Source of the DNA: Rebecca billardiae RCC1528
Taxonomy: Eukaryota; Protista; Haptophyta
Length of the DNA stretch: 64,000 bases
NCBI GenBank assembly: GCA_965240325.2
Contig: OZ251251.1
Span: forward strand, 806,001-870,000
Reading direction: 5' to 3'
The translations under genes were made by a program, and so were the position numbers. This document shows, piece after piece, positions 1 through 15,900 of the stretch (positions within the stretch are counted from its first letter, which is position 1; the number at the start of each line of letters is the position of its first letter). The notes under the pieces were generated by a model that was not told the DNA's origin, did not search any database, and saw only the letters and a program-made list of their open reading frames with translations.

Positions 1-32
1 CGGCGGCCGCGTGCGCGTGCGCATACGCGCGC

Positions 33-666
33 GTGTGCCGTGCGGGCTCGCGCGCGGCCGCGGCGGCGCACGCGGCGGAGCTGGGCGCGCGCGGCCCGCT
101 GTACGGCGCGCTGCTCTCGCACCTGGGCGGCGCGGGCGTGCCCACGCTGCGCGCCGGGCTGCGCCGCGCCCACGCCGCGCGCGTCGTCCGCGCCGCCGCC
201 AACGGCCACACTCGCGCCGTGCTTGCTATCGTCGCTGCCGAGTCGTGGCAGGCGGTGCGCGTGGGCGCGGTCGGGCACTGCCTCGTGCTCGCCGTGGCGG
301 TGGGCGCGGCGCGCGAGCACGCGGCGCACGGCGCGGCGGCCATCCTCGCACGCGCGGCCGCCGGCGGCGGCCCCGCCGCAGCCGCAGACGCGGAGGAGGA
401 GGGCGGCGGCGGCGGCGGCGGCGGCGGCGCGGCGCGGCGCGGCGCGGTCGCGGGCCTTGCGCTTTTCTACGCGACGCTCGTGTCGACGCAGGTGGCGGCG
501 CTGGCGGGCGCGGTCGCGGGGCTCGCCGGTCAGCTGCGCGCGCTCGAGGCGGTGGGCGCGCTGTGCGAGGTGCCGCCCGAGCCCTCGCTCCGCCGCGCGC
601 TCGCGCGCGCGCGCAAGCGCTCGGCGGCGGGCGCGGAGCGCGGCAGCCGCGCCGGCCGCCGGGCGA

Positions 667-713
<47 letters not shown>

Positions 714-1009
714 CGCGCGGATGACGAGACGGAGGACGGCGAGGAGGGCGAGGGCGGCGGCGGCGGCGGCGGGCGGAGCAGCTACAGCTACGACAGCGCG
801 CACAGCAGCGCCGCGTGGTGGGCGGTGGGCGGCAGCAGCTCCGAGGGTGGAGCCCACCGCCACTCCGCCCACCGGCGCGCGGCCGGCGCGGGCGGCGGGC
901 GCGCGAGCGCGGCGGCGGCGGCGGCGGCGAGCGCCGCGGCCGCGCTCGCGCGCGCCGCGCCGCACGCCGCGGCGGGTGGCGGGAGCGCCGGCGGCGGCGG
1001 CTCGGCGGG

Positions 1010-1044
<35 letters not shown>

Positions 1045-1843
1045 TGCCGTGGCGCGGCGCCTCTGTCCGGCTGTGGCGCGTGCGGCTGCGCTACGCGCCG
1101 CACGCGCCACTCGCTCTGCGCGGGGTGTCCTTTGCCGTGCGCGACGGCGAGCGGCTCGGGCTGGCGGGGCGCACGGGCGCCGGCAAGTCGTCGGTCGCGG
1201 CGGCGCTGCTGCGCCTCGCCGAGCCGAGCTCGGGCGCGGTGCTGCTCGGCGGGGTCGACGTGCGCGCCGTGCCGCGCCGCGCGCTGCGGAGGCGCGTCGC
1301 CGCCATCGCGCAGACACCGCTTCTGCTGAGCGGCACCGCACGGCACAACCTCGAGCCCTCGGCGGCGGCGGCCGACGGCGCGGACGGCGGCGGCGGCGTG
1401 GGCGACGCGGCGCTGCGCTCGGCGCTCGCGCGCGCGGGGCTGCCCGAGCTGGACCTCGACACTTTGATCGACGGGCCCACAGGCCGCCCCCTCTCCGCGG
1501 GCCAGGCGCAGCTGCTGTGCGTTGCGCGCGCGCTCGTGCGGCGCGCGGCGGTGATCGTGCTCGACGAGGCGACGGCGTCTGTGGACGCGGCGACCGAGGC
1601 GGCGCTCGGCGGCGCGCTCGCCACCGAGCTGCGCGGGGTCACCGCCCTCGTGATCGCGCACCGCGTGCGCACGCTCCTCGAGTGCGACCGCGTGGTCGGC
1701 CTCGCGCGCGGGCGCGTCGTGGAGTCAGGTACGCCCGCTCAGCTGATCGCGCGCGCAGAGGCGGCGGGGAAGGCGGCCGACGCGTCCGCGCCGCGCAGGC
1801 GCCGCGCGGGCTGCCGGATCGGCCGGCTGCTGCGCCGAGCCGC

Positions 1844-1930
<87 letters not shown>

Positions 1931-2006
1931 GCGCCCGGCCGGCGGCGCGACGCCGCCCGTCACGCCGCCCATGCCACAGCCACAGCCCCCGCCGTCGCTG
2001 CTCTGA
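33..2006 (+). CDS. ABC transporter, ABCC/MRP family, C-terminal part (end of TMD2 + NBD2); gene probably starts upstream of the window
   Basis: LRGVSFAVRDGERLGLAGRTGAGKSS (Walker A), IAQTPLLLSGTARHNL, LSAGQAQLLCVARAL (ABCC signature), VIVLDEATASVD (Walker B), IAHR (H-loop); C-terminal polyQ. Confidence 0.92.
1848..1928 (+). repeat. (CAG)27 pure trinucleotide repeat encoding polyQ
   Basis: Uninterrupted CAG run in frame in the ABCC C-terminus. Confidence 0.95.
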
Positions 2007-2062
2007 CGGCCGTTGATGCTCCCTGACTCCGCTGACTCGTCGTGATGCTGCTCCGACGTCAC

Positions 2063-3858
<1,796 letters not shown>

Positions 3859-3887
3859 ATATATATATATATATATAATATTATATT
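3859..3887. repeat. (AT)n tract, right flank of the split-repeat element
   Basis: Directly visible. Confidence 0.9.
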
Positions 3888-4064
3888 GAGTTTGGCCCGA
3901 GATGAGGTATATTAAGCAGTACTACTCTCAGCCGGATAGTCATCGTCGTCGTCGATACCTGGTGTCAGTGACACGCCGGTACGCGCCCGGTCGTACTCGG
4001 ACAGTCAGACGTACTCGTACTCGTACGCAGAGTGATGCGCGCCGTATGTACAGTATACTCATTA

Positions 4065-4144
4065 CTCAGGCGCTACACTACCGCGATCGACTGCGCTGCT
4101 AGCGCTCAGGCGCTACACTACCGCGATCGACTGCGCTGCTAGCG
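4065..4144. repeat. Perfect 40-bp tandem duplication
   Basis: ctcaggcgctacactaccgcgatcgactgcgctgctagcg x2. Confidence 0.9.
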
Positions 4145-4334
4145 CAGCAACTATCGGACCATCAAGTAGTGTCGGACGCCGACGCCGCTGCTCGCGGCAC
4201 GCGTGCAGTCAGCTGAGGAATGCACCGGCGACTTCCTTCCGCTTACAGTTGACTAAGAATAAGAGACGCACACAGCTCAGCGGGCAGGCGAGACAGTATT
4301 TGCTCTACTGGCGCGGCATCACCGCCAACAAATT

Positions 4335-4404
4335 CGGAAAAGAAAATCCCCGGTAAAGAAAATCCCGGGAAAAGAAAATCCCCGGGGAAAAGAAACTCCC
4401 GAAA
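4335..4404 (+). promoter_or_regulatory. Four tandem 15-18-bp motifs (CGG-AAAAGAAAATCCC) just upstream of the exonuclease start codon; putative promoter element
   Basis: cggaaaagaaaatccc/cggtaaagaaaatcc/cgggaaaagaaaatccc/cggggaaaagaaactccc, ending ~45 bp before ATG 4449; the function is inferred. Confidence 0.4.
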
Positions 4405-4448
4405 TCGCCGCTTGCCGCGCCACGCCGATCGACGGACCGCGAGCAAGC

Positions 4449-7260
4449 ATGATGCCGCGCGGCCTCCTCGCGCTCGCGACGTCGGCAGCGACGGCTCCGC
4501 GGCCGAGCGCGGGGCGCAGCGCGCGGCCGCTCGCGCTCGCACGCCTGCTGCCGCCGCTCGCCGCGCTCGCCGCGCCGCCGCCGCTCGCGCGCCGCGCGCT
4601 GGCCGCGGGCGGCGGCGCGTGCGCCGTGCGCATGTGCGCAGCGCCGCCGAGCGCCGCCTCGGCCGCGGACGCGTCGAGCGCGGACGACGAGCCGCTCTAC
4701 CTGATCGACGCGCTGCCGATGATCTACCGCGGCTACTACGGCATCAAGGCCGGCCTCTCCACCTCGGAGGGCGACTCCACCACCGCCGTGTTTGGGTTTG
4801 CCTCCCAGCTAGCCGCGCTGCTGCGCGCGCAGGCGCAGCCGCGCCACGTGGTCGTCGTGATGGACGGGCGGAACTCGAGCGTGGTGCGCCGCGCGAAGGT
4901 GGCGCTGCTCAAACGCGCCCTCGCCGACGAGCTGCGCCGCGCCGAGGAGCACGCCGCCGCCGCGAGCGCGGAGGGCGGCGGCGCGCCCGCCTCCGCCGCC
5001 GCCGCCGCTGCCTCCGCCACCGCCGCCTCGACGGCTGCCTCCGCCTCGACCGCTGCCTCCGCCTCGTCCGAGCCCCTCGGGCTGCGCGTGTGGCAGCGCG
5101 TGCCCGCGCGGCTGCGCGAGCTGCTGTTCGGCGACGACGCGGCGGGCGAGCCGGTGGGCGACGGCGGCGCGCGCGCGGCCGCGGCCGCCATGGCGGCGGA
5201 GGCGGCGGCGAGCGAGGCCCTCGGTGGCGGCGCGGACGCGGCGGAGGCGGCGGCTGCAGCGGACGCCGCCGCCGCGCTTGCCGACGCGGCCGCGGCCGAG
5301 TCGGTGGCGCGCGCCGCGGGTGGCGCGGGCGCGGGCGTGGATGCGGACGCCGCGGCGGACGCCGTGCGCACGCTCACCGTCGCGGTGGACTCGCTCGTCG
5401 AGCAGGTCGACGGCTACTGCCGCCAACTCGCGCCGCCGCCGCCGCCGCCAGCGCCGCCGCCGCCAGCGGAGGCGGTGGCGGCGCCGCAGCCGCAGCCGCC
5501 GCCGTCGGCGGGCGCTGCCGAGCCCGGCGGTGGCGCCGAGGGCCCGCCCGCCGAGCGACCTGCCGCCGAGCTCGCCGCCCCGCCGGATGCCGACGCCGCC
5601 GCGCGCCTCGAGCCCCCCGCCGCCGCGTCCGCCGCGCGCGCCGCCGCCGCCACCGCCCTCTCCGCCCAAGCCAACGCGGCCAGCCTCGGCTCGGTGCGAG
5701 GCTACAAGTCCTCGCGCGTCTCCGCGCCGCGGCACATCCGGGAGGCGCTCGGGCCGCTCGCCGCGCTGTGCGAGGCGAGCGGGATCCCGTGGGTGGACGT
5801 GCCCGGTGCGTGCGCGCGCGCCACGGCGCGGGCGGCGCGCCGGGAGCGGCCAGCGCGCGCGCAGCGGGCGCGCGCGCGCGTGCGCATGCGCGCGTGACTC
5901 GCCGCGCCCACGCGCGCGCGCGCCGCCGTCGCGCACCGCAGGCGTCGAGGCGGACGACGTGATCGGCGCGATGGCGACGCGCGCGTCAGCGGCGGGGCAG
6001 CGCGTCGTGATCGTCTCCGCCGACAAGGACTTTGCGCAGCTGCTCCGGGGCGCACCGGACGAGTCCGGCTCTGTGAGCCAGCTGCGGCCCAGGGCGGGCA
6101 CGGCCGGCGGCGGGTACGACCATTTCAGCATGGCGGACTTTGCGACGAAGCACGGCGGGCTGCCGCCGTCGGCGTTCCCCGACCTGATGGCGCTGGTGGG
6201 CGACGCGGTGGACGACATCCCGGGCGTGCGCGGCATCGGCGAGAAGGGCGCCGTCGCCCTCGTCTCCGCCCACGGCGCCGTCGAAGACGTCGTGAGAGCG
6301 GCCGGTGCGGCGCGCATGCGGCGCGCGGCGCGCGCGCATGCGGCGCGGCGCGTGGGGAAGGGCGGGGGCTGACGGCGCGCTGGCGCGGTACTGCGCCGGG
6401 CCGGGCGGCCGTGCGGCGGGGCGCGCCGACACGCCGCGCCCAAGAGTGGCGCCTGACGCCCTGCGCCCGTGCCACACCGCCCCGCGCGCGCGCTCGTGTC
6501 TGCAGCGGCGGCGGAGGCGGAGGCGGAGGCCGCGGCCGCCGCGCCGCCCAAGCGGCGCACGCGCCGCGCCGGCGGCTCCGCCGCGCCCGCTGCGCCGCCG
6601 CGCCCGCGCTCGCGCGCCGCGGGCGTCGAGCGCCCGCGCACGCGCGAGGCGCTCCTCGGCTCCGCGGCCGTGGCGTGCCTTGCGAAGCAGCTGCTGACGA
6701 TTGACACTGCGTGTGCGCTGCCGCCCGCGCTGGCCGCGGCGCTGGAGAGTCCGGGCGGGCTGACGCGGCGCGCGCCGGACTCGGAGAGGCTGGGGCAGCT
6801 GCTCGCGCGCTTTGAGATCCGGACGCCGCGTATCCGGCAGGCGCTCGAGGGCGAGGGAGACGCGGCGGCGGCGGCGGCGGCGCGCGGCGCGGCGGCCGGG
6901 TGGCGCGCGCCGTCGCCGCCCGCGCGCCGCGCCTCGCCCGCTGAGCTGTTGGCCGCCGCCGCCGCGGGCAAGCTGCCGCTGCCAGACGGCGGCGATGTGC
7001 CCGCGCGCGGTCGCGGCGCGGAGGGTGCACGCGCCGTGTCGCCGCCGGCCGGCGCCACACCGCCGGCGCCGCCGGCCGTCAGAGCGTCCGCGCACACAGC
7101 AGCGCGCGGCCAGCAGAGCCTTGTGCCAGCAGAGGCGCCGGCGGGTCCGGTGCCGGTGTGCGACCTGGAGCACGGCACGATGGGGGAGGACGAGGTCGTG
7201 CGCTGGCTGGAGGGCGACCTGCCCGACGAGCCGCCGCCGCAGCCCGCGCGCGGTGGGTGA
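4449..7260 (+). CDS. 5'-3' exonuclease (Pol I N-terminal/FEN-like, organellar type), 3 exons: 4449-5805, 5942-6304, 6506-7260
   Basis: [34 protein letters not shown]|[39 protein letters not shown] (H3TH); GT-AG introns 5806-5941 and 6305-6505 restore the frame; Arg/Ala-rich N-terminal presequence; no polymerase domain. Confidence 0.92.
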
Positions 7261-7313
7261 GCGCGGCGTGACCGGAGTGGCGCGCTGCATGCGCCCAAGT
7301 TACCGGCCGCGCC

Positions 7314-9642
<2,329 letters not shown>

Positions 9643-9654
9643 ATATATATATAT

Positions 9655-11348
9655 GAGCCGACGTCAGTTGTATTGCCGCTTTGGATAGTGTGGTCAGTTG
9701 TATTGCCAAAAGCACGTTATGACTACCGTGGTCAGTTGTATTGCCGTTTTCAGTAGTATGGGTCAAGAATATTGCCGCTTTTGGATAGTGTGTCAACAAT
9801 ATTGCCCCTCAAATACTGGTTTCAAACCAATGGCCCTTTCACACTACTTGGTTCACGAATATTGCCGTTTTCGAGCTTGAACATAGTCTGCTCAGAAATA
9901 TTGCCCTTTCCATAACTATGTGTCAGTTGTATTGCCGCCAGCAGCTGGTGGCTGGGGCACGACTCGCACTCAGACACTGAGAGACTCGCGCAGCCCGTGT
10001 GCGCGTGCGTGCAGAGCTGCGACTGCCTGCGCGCGGCATGCAGGATACGCGCCTGCAACCAACCGACATGCCATCATCATGCGGCCTGCGTAGCTCATCT
10101 TGACTTCCAGTAGCAGTCGGCGCTTCCCGTCGCCGTCGCGCTTGCCGCCCGCCGGCGGCCGGCCGCCAGCGCCATCGGGACTGCTGCTACTTCAGCGGCC
10201 ACGTGAGCCGCATCGCGTCCCATGCCGCTGCACGCGCCGCCTCAAGCTGCGACCGCGCTCGCCAAGCCTGCCACTCGGGTTCCAGCAGCAGCAGGAAGCG
10301 TCGCCTGCCCCTCCTGCTTGCTGGCTCGTCGAGGCGCGCGCGGCGCACCGCCCGCCGGTCGGTGCGTTGTGTCCCAGCTGGCAGTACGCCTTGGACTTCC
10401 TCCTCCACGGGCCAATCAGCCTGCGTTGACGAGTGCGACTGGCGCACGGTCAGCCACCTGCACACGGTTGGCCACAGGGCAGTCTGCTGTTGGAGTGATG
10501 ACAATCGCAAAAAGGCACGCGCCAGCAGTGTTCCACGAGCGAGAGCGACACGCGTTGGTTGATCGCCACGGTGTGAATGACAGTCGATGGCAGGCAGTGA
10601 GGGGGACGCGCGTCGCGTTGGTCAAGCTCCTTGAGGCCGTTGAAGAGCACACGCCCGTCGTGCACGTTCGACTCCCGCGAATTGGGGCAACTCACGCTCA
10701 CCCTGCTTCACGCATGCACCTGCATGCGCTGCCGTCGCAATGTCATCGACTGCGCGCTTGACGGTCCCGGAGTCGAAGTGAGCACGGAGCAACGCCGATT
10801 CGATAGAAGTCGCGACGGATTCTCGCCCGTCTCCGCGTAGACGGCGAGTAGCCCGAGGTGCACGCGCGTGTTGCACTGCGCGCGCATGCGGAAGCGTTTG
10901 TGCAGATTCCGGTCCACGGTTCAGCTCGTCGTTCGGCTTGATGATGTCGAGGAACACGGCGCTACCCCGGCAGAGATCGTCGTCGTTGAACGTCACTCTT
11001 CTGGCCTGGGATCAGCTAGGCCTGCTCAAGGGCACGCCGCGCGCGCCGGCGGCGCATGGGCGCCAGCGCCATCATCAGCGCGTGGGCGATCGCGGCAACA
11101 AACCTGAATCAAAGATGCGCAAACGGCAACACAACTGACCCACACTACGCGACGGCAATACAGCTGGACAAAGTATTGGGCCATCATCCACGGCAATACA
11201 CCTGACACAAGTATTCGACGTTGGCAACAAGATTGACACGTGATTCCCAAAGATGGAAAACGGCAATACAACTGACCACGGTAGTCAAAACGTGCGTTTG
11301 GCAATACACCTGACCACACTTTCCAAAACGGCAATACAGCTGACATTA

Positions 11349-11352
<4 letters not shown>
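9655..11352 (-). mobile_element. Copy B of the 1.7-kb transposon, inverted relative to copy A
   Basis: Reverse complement of 7568-9270 with a net 5-bp deletion near 10685 and a few substitutions; mirrored ORFs in the ORF track; followed by (AT)n 11353-11390. Confidence 0.88.
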
Positions 11353-11392
<40 letters not shown>

Positions 11393-12967
11393 ATCGGCTC
11401 CGGAAGGCGCTCGGCCGCGGCGGCATCTGCCGTCGCCGCCGCGTGCCCCAGGCCGAGGCGGTGCTCCATCCCGGCCCCGCTCCCGTAGGGGGGCAGGGCT
11501 GCGGGTGGCGCACTGTCTGACCTGGACGGAAGGCGCGGACGCATTCTATGTGTCTGTTGCACTCTGAGCCTGACGCTTGTCCGATGCTGCCACGTCGTTA
11601 AATATATCCATCGGCATCTGCTGAATTAGAATATATAATCACGATCATCCTACTGACGATGCGGATCCACACGCGCGCATCATCATTGGCCCATCATCTG
11701 ACGACACAGTAGTAGCAGCATTGCTGCGCTGACTACAATTCATCAGTACGTACCGGCCAGCGAGTTCACCACTGACGACCAGTGACTGATGTGCATGCCC
11801 ACAGTGACTCACTCACTCTCAGGCGGCTCGAACTCAGGCCCGTCAGCATTCATCACCGCTCGCCCTGGCAGCGCGCTAGCCGAACCACGGCCCGCATTAT
11901 TGGCTCCTCAACACGTCCGCGGAATGGACCACGGTCGTGGACCAACTCTGACCGACTGACAGTTTACCACTCTGACAGTAGGGTCGTTAAATATTGGGCG
12001 GGCCCAAGAGGGCGGCGGCGTTCTTCTACTCTACGGTACGCGGCCAGATGGTGGCAGGTAATAATACTTCGAATGACGCCGCCGCCTGGCCAGGAAGTCG
12101 GCGGCACGTCACCGCGGTGCCTCTGGACGGGCATTGAGCAGTGGCGAGGTCACCAAATCGCGTGGCGTGGTCCCGGAGAAGGCTGCTACTAGTCCTGACC
12201 AGCTTGTTAGCTCCATGCCGGTCGTTGGTCACCCCGCCGTTGACAGGCGCGCACACGCCACGCGTGATCGCACGGCAGCCGTGTCGGACGGCGGTCGCAC
12301 GACTACTTGCGCAGCCAACATTGATCGTCAGACTCACGACTTGCGGGGTCAGACAGAACACTGATAGTTCTGCACCCTCGCCTGGCATGCCCCAGAGGTC
12401 AGCACGGTCATCAGAAGGGTGATCCTGCCCGCTACTGTCATACTTGCCCACCCGCTTCCCATGCGCCGAGCCTCGCGCGCGCCGGTCACACGATGCCACG
12501 CGGACGTGGACGTGAGAGTGGTCGAAAAAAGTCGGAAGGGAAGCTGTCACTCACGCTCACGCGCTCATACGGCGAGTGCAACGCCCCCCCGTCCCGGACG
12601 TTGCACTCGCGCCTTGGATCGCGGCGGGACGGCCCATACAGCAATGCCGGTACGTACGGTTCGTTGATGATGAGTATTGATGACCCCCCTTGATTCCATT
12701 CCTTTGATGACTCATTGATTATAATTCGCCATACTGTATTCGCGCTCGCCATGTCGAAACAAGTAGTAGTAGTAGGCGTTTGTAATTCATGAAATGGATG
12801 GTTTCGCAAACGTGTATCGGCGGGTACGTACGCCCGTATCTCCATACATGAAGTCTTACTACGACGACTATTTCCGGCGATAGTTTGGTGAACCAGCGAG
12901 CGCGGGCCGGGCGCTCGTCAAGGGTCGTGGTCGAATCAGTACGGACCATCGACAGCAGGTGGGCACG

Positions 12968-15900
12968 ATGCGTGCTCCCGCCTGGCTGCAGCTCGGTGTC
13001 CTCGCACTGGGCGCCGCCAGCGGAGCATCAACCATCCCACCATCATCAACGGTGACGCTGTCGCCGCCTTTGGCGGTGCCGCCAAGCCCGCCGCCGTCGC
13101 CGCCGCCAGCCCCCCCGCCGCCGCCAGCCCCCCCGCTGCCGCCACCACCTCTGTGCTCAGACGTCGCGTACACGCTCACCGTGCGGACGAATTCGAGGTG
13201 GTACAACCTGAAGACGCACGTCTTCGTGGACGGCGAGCAGCTTACCGAGTCGCAGCCGTGCGACAGCGGCTCGAACCGGTGCGCGTGGCGCACCTGCTTC
13301 ACTGGGCGTGACGTGAGTGCGCACGCGCTCCATGACGGCGCGCTGCACGTGCGCGTGGAGGACCGTTTTGTGGCGACCATCAGCTGGTACTGCTCGTCCC
13401 TGCGCGTCCAGCTGACGCTCCTGGCAGACGGCGTGGCCATCCGTGAGCAGCTGCTGGACTGCCCGTCCCCGCCGTGCACGGTGCAGGCGGGCTGGTCTGA
13501 TCTGTGCACGGGCGCGCCGTTCCCGCCCCCGCTGCCGCCGAGCCAGCCGCCGCCTCTGCCGCCAGCGCCGCCTCCCTTCCCCCCGCCGTCTCCGCCGCCG
13601 CCGCTCTCCCCGCCACGCGCGCCGCCGCCCGCCCCTCCACCCGGCTGCGCGGACGTGGTGTACACCCTCACCCTCCAGCTGCGCACGCGGCGGCAGGGCA
13701 AGCAGACGACCATCTACCTCGACGGCCAGAAGCTGAAGGGGTGCCGCATGGGCTGGCGGTGCAAGCCGTACAGCTTCACGACGTGCCTGAACCGGTACGA
13801 CGTGACCGAGCGGGTCCTGCACACCGGCGCGCTCTCGTGGCGCGTGGCGGGCAAGCCGTACGCCTCGTACGCTGCCAGCTGCTACCAGGAGATCGAGGCG
13901 CTGGTCCGACTGTACGCCAACGGCGTGCTCGAGCGCCAGTCCGAGCTCAAGTGCAACCGGCAGACGTGCGAAGTGGGGGAGGCGTGGGCTGGGATGTGCA
14001 CGGGCGCGCCGACGCCGCCGCCCGCGCCGCCGAGTTTGCCGCCGCCGCCGCCCTCCCCCCCGCCGCCGCCGAGCCCGCCTCCGCCGTCGTGCGCCCACGT
14101 CGGTTACGCCCTCGACGTGCGCCTCAGGTCGATCTCCCAGCGGAAGGAGGCGCTGCTGTTCGCGGACGGCGTGCAGCTCGTGGAGTACGGCGCGTGCAGC
14201 AAGGCGGGCGACCCGTGCGGGTACAGCTGGTGCGTGCGCGGCCACGACGTGGGCGCGCACCTGCTGCACGACGGCGCGCTCGACTGGCGGCTCGAGGGCT
14301 TCCCGGGGAGCGGCGCCACGGGGACCTGCTGGCAGCTCGAGGCGCAGGTCCAGCTGTACGCGGACGGCGTGCTCAAGCGCGAGCAGACGAAGAGCTGCAA
14401 CACGCCGAGCTGCGCGCTGAGCGGCACGTTCAGCGGCCTGTGCACGGGCGCGCCCACGCCGCCGCCCGCGCCGCCCGCGCCGCCGCCCTCGCCGCCCTCG
14501 CCGCCCGCGCCGCCGCCCGCGCCGCCCGCGCCGCCCTCGCCGCCGCCCTCGCCGCCGCCGCCACCCGCACCGCCGCCCTCGCCACCGCCCCCCAGCATGC
14601 CGCCCCCGCCGCCGTCCGCGCCCCCGCCGCCCAGCCCGCCGCTCAGCCCGCCGCCGTCGCCTCCCCCAAGCCCACCGCCCAGCCCGCCGCCCAGCCCGCC
14701 GCCGTCGCCGCCCCCGAGCCCACCGCCCAGCCCGCCGCCCAGCCCGCCGCCGTCGCCGCCCCCGAGCCCACCGCCCAGCCCGCCGCCCAGCCCGCCGCCG
14801 CCCAGCCCGCCGCCGCCCGCGTGCCAGTCAGCCCTGCACGCGTGGCCCCTGAGCGCCGAGGCGGGGTTTGCCGACACGGTCGGCGCCGCGCCCACGCCGC
14901 CCGAGCAGCCGGTCCGCATCGGGCCGCTGCAGGACCAAGTCGCGCTGCTCGGCGCCGCGCCGAGCGCGACGTTTGGCGGCGGCGCCTCGCTGCCTGATGG
15001 CTCGGCGCGCGAGCTCGCCGTGAGCGGCTTCGGCCAGTTCGGCGGCAGCGCCGCCGCCGGCCACGGCCGGCTGCGTTGGATCAGCCTGGGCGAGCGCCCG
15101 CCGCGCGGCGCGGACCCGACGGCGCGCGTCGAGCTCTCCGTGATGGCGTGGGTGTGGGCGGACCCCTCGGACGACCCGCGGCCGCTCACGCGCGTGCTCG
15201 ACGCGGGCACGGCCCCTGGCAACGTGCACAAGGTGGTGCTCGCCAAGCACGCGCAGTACAGCCGCACGATGCACTACCAGGCGTTCGACGGCGGCGGCGC
15301 GCTCCTCGGCGGCACCCTGTTCGGCAGCGTGGGCACCTTCCCGCTGGGCGAGTGGTTCCACACCGCGGTGAGCGTGGGGAGCGCCTCTGCGACGCTGTTC
15401 CACAACGGCGCCGCCAACCGGCTGCGCGCGCAGGACATGCGGCCGTACGACGTGGGGCGGCCCGTCTTCATCGGCCGCGCGATCTCGTCGCAGCCGCGCG
15501 CGCTGCACGGCGCGCTGCAGGACGTGCGCATCTACTCGGAGGCCGTGAGCGCCGCGCACGTCGCCGCCGTCGCCGCCGGCTTCCACGCGGAGCCGTGCGC
15601 TGGCTGCGCCGCGCTGCTGCACCGCTGGCCGCTGCTGAGTGACCTGACGGACGCGCACGGCGGCGCGCAGCCCGCGCACGCCGAGGTGGCGCTGGAGGGC
15701 GCGGACGTGGACGCGGCGCCGCTGCGCGAGCTGCTGGCGGGCGCGGCGCTCGGCGGGCTCAACGTGAGCCGGCACGGCGCCCTGCGCTACCCGCCCGGGG
15801 CCAGCAGCCTCGACTACGTGCAGCTGGGCGCGCTGCCCGCGCGGGGCGATGAGCCGAGCGCGCGCATCGAGCTCACGCTGATGGCCTGGGTGTGGGTGCC

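Noticed and set aside
11391-12960. Short ORFs in the intergenic region upstream of the LamG gene
   Set aside because: No motifs, codon bias or repeat structure; treated as intergenic
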